Virus record (IMG/VR): IMGVR_UViG_3300045988_015320
Span: 1 to 32,558 of that record
DNA from: a virus
Direction: 5' to 3' (one strand)
Length of the DNA: 32,558 nt
Position 1 is the first letter of the stretch, and each line of letters begins with the position of its first letter. The notes beneath the pieces were generated by a model. That model searched no databases, was not told where the DNA came from, and saw only the letters and a program-made list of their open reading frames with translations. Positions 32,063 through 32,558 of the stretch are shown here, in pieces. A program made the translations under genes and the position numbers.

Positions 32063-32518
32063 TTAATTAGTTAATCCTTGAAGCATTTGCTTCATCTGTA
32101 AATATTTGGTATCTCCAACTTCTGGTTCGAGATTTTTCATTGGTGCAACTGGTGCACTTGTTCTGATAAAGCCAGCTAAACGCTCTGCATCTGCATTTAG
32201 ACTTTCTTCATCAGTTCCTTGTAAACGGTCAGCAAAATCAAAAGGCAAGCCATTCTGTAAAGCAATTCTCGTACGTAAAGCACTTGATTCAAAACCAGTT
32301 ACCTGTGCTTGTAGATCAGCAATCATCTTTTCAGTGTCTTCCTTTGATTGATTGAAATCACCAATGGTTGTCTTCAATCCGTTGTTTTCCGTTTCTAGTT
32401 CTGAAACACGAGCTTTTAAATCTTCATAATCACTAAATTTTTCACGCTCACGTCTGATACGTTCTTTAATGATGTGGTCGAGTTCTTCTTGTGTTTCGAT
32501 TGGTTTAAATTCTGACAT
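32063..32518 (-). CDS. Capsid scaffolding protein
   Basis: Acidic coiled-coil protein, MSEFKPIETQEELDHIIKERIRRE. The ATG at 32518 has better RBS spacing than the track start at 32524. Confidence 0.75.
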   Translation of the reverse strand: MSEFKPIETQEELDHIIKERIRREREKFSDYEDLKARVSELETENNGLKTTIGDFNQSKEDTEKMIADLQAQVTGFESSALRTRIALQNGLPFDFADRLQGTDEESLNADAERLAGFIRTSAPVAPMKNLEPEVGDTKYLQMKQMLQGLTN

Positions 32519-32558
32519 TCTCATGTCTCCTTTCTCCTGCTTCCCCGGCAGTTCGGTA
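32504..32558. repeat. Terminal direct repeat, identical to 1-55
   Basis: Exact 55-nt identity with the start of the window. Confidence 0.95.

Larger units (their letters stand above)
1..32558. mobile_element. Complete temperate siphovirus-type phage genome (circular contig, 32,503 bp unique), likely Mitis-group Streptococcus host
   Basis: All modules are present: lysogeny, replication, late regulator, packaging, head, tail and lysis. An attP-like gap lies between int and the lysin. The 55-nt ends are identical. The choline-binding-repeat lysin suggests the host. Confidence 0.85.

Overview
The window is one complete, circularly closed temperate siphovirus-type phage genome. The unique length is 32,503 bp, and nt 1-55 are repeated exactly at 32504-32558. 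The host is probably a choline-containing Mitis-group Streptococcus, because the lysin carries choline-binding repeats. Almost all genes are on the minus strand. Only the lysogeny cassette is on the plus strand: XRE repressor, ImmA-like protease, a zinc-ribbon/glycine-zipper protein and a tyrosine integrase. Minus-strand order from the genetic switch (~15.3 kb) downwards is as follows. (1) cro and small early genes. (2) A replication module: AAA_24/Sak4-like ATPase, SNF2/DEAD helicase, DUF669, Prim-Pol, P4/D5-type helicase and VRR-NUC. (3) A run of small translationally coupled ORFs. (4) An ArpU/RinA-like late regulator. (5) HNH, portal, MuF-like and terL. (6) Across the circular junction: scaffold, capsid, connectors, major tail protein, frameshifted chaperones, tape measure, Dit and Tal. 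(7) Two holins, a collagen-containing BppU-like fibre, a Pal-like lysin, then attP. I found no rRNA, bona fide tRNA, CRISPR array or IS element. The points most worth follow-up are: a structured late-operon leader with a tRNA acceptor/T-arm minihelix mimic; the non-canonical packaging order (portal-MuF-terL) with no recognisable terS; a phased A-tract array plus GC-rich palindrome as a cos/pac candidate; an iteron/AT-rich origin whose half-sites match the switch operators; a receptor-binding-type gene between holin and lysin; a plus-strand promoter-terminator unit that could be a small antisense RNA; and an uncharacterised zinc-ribbon/glycine-zipper gene at the classic superinfection-exclusion locus. 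All functional calls rest on motifs read by eye. No database search was run.
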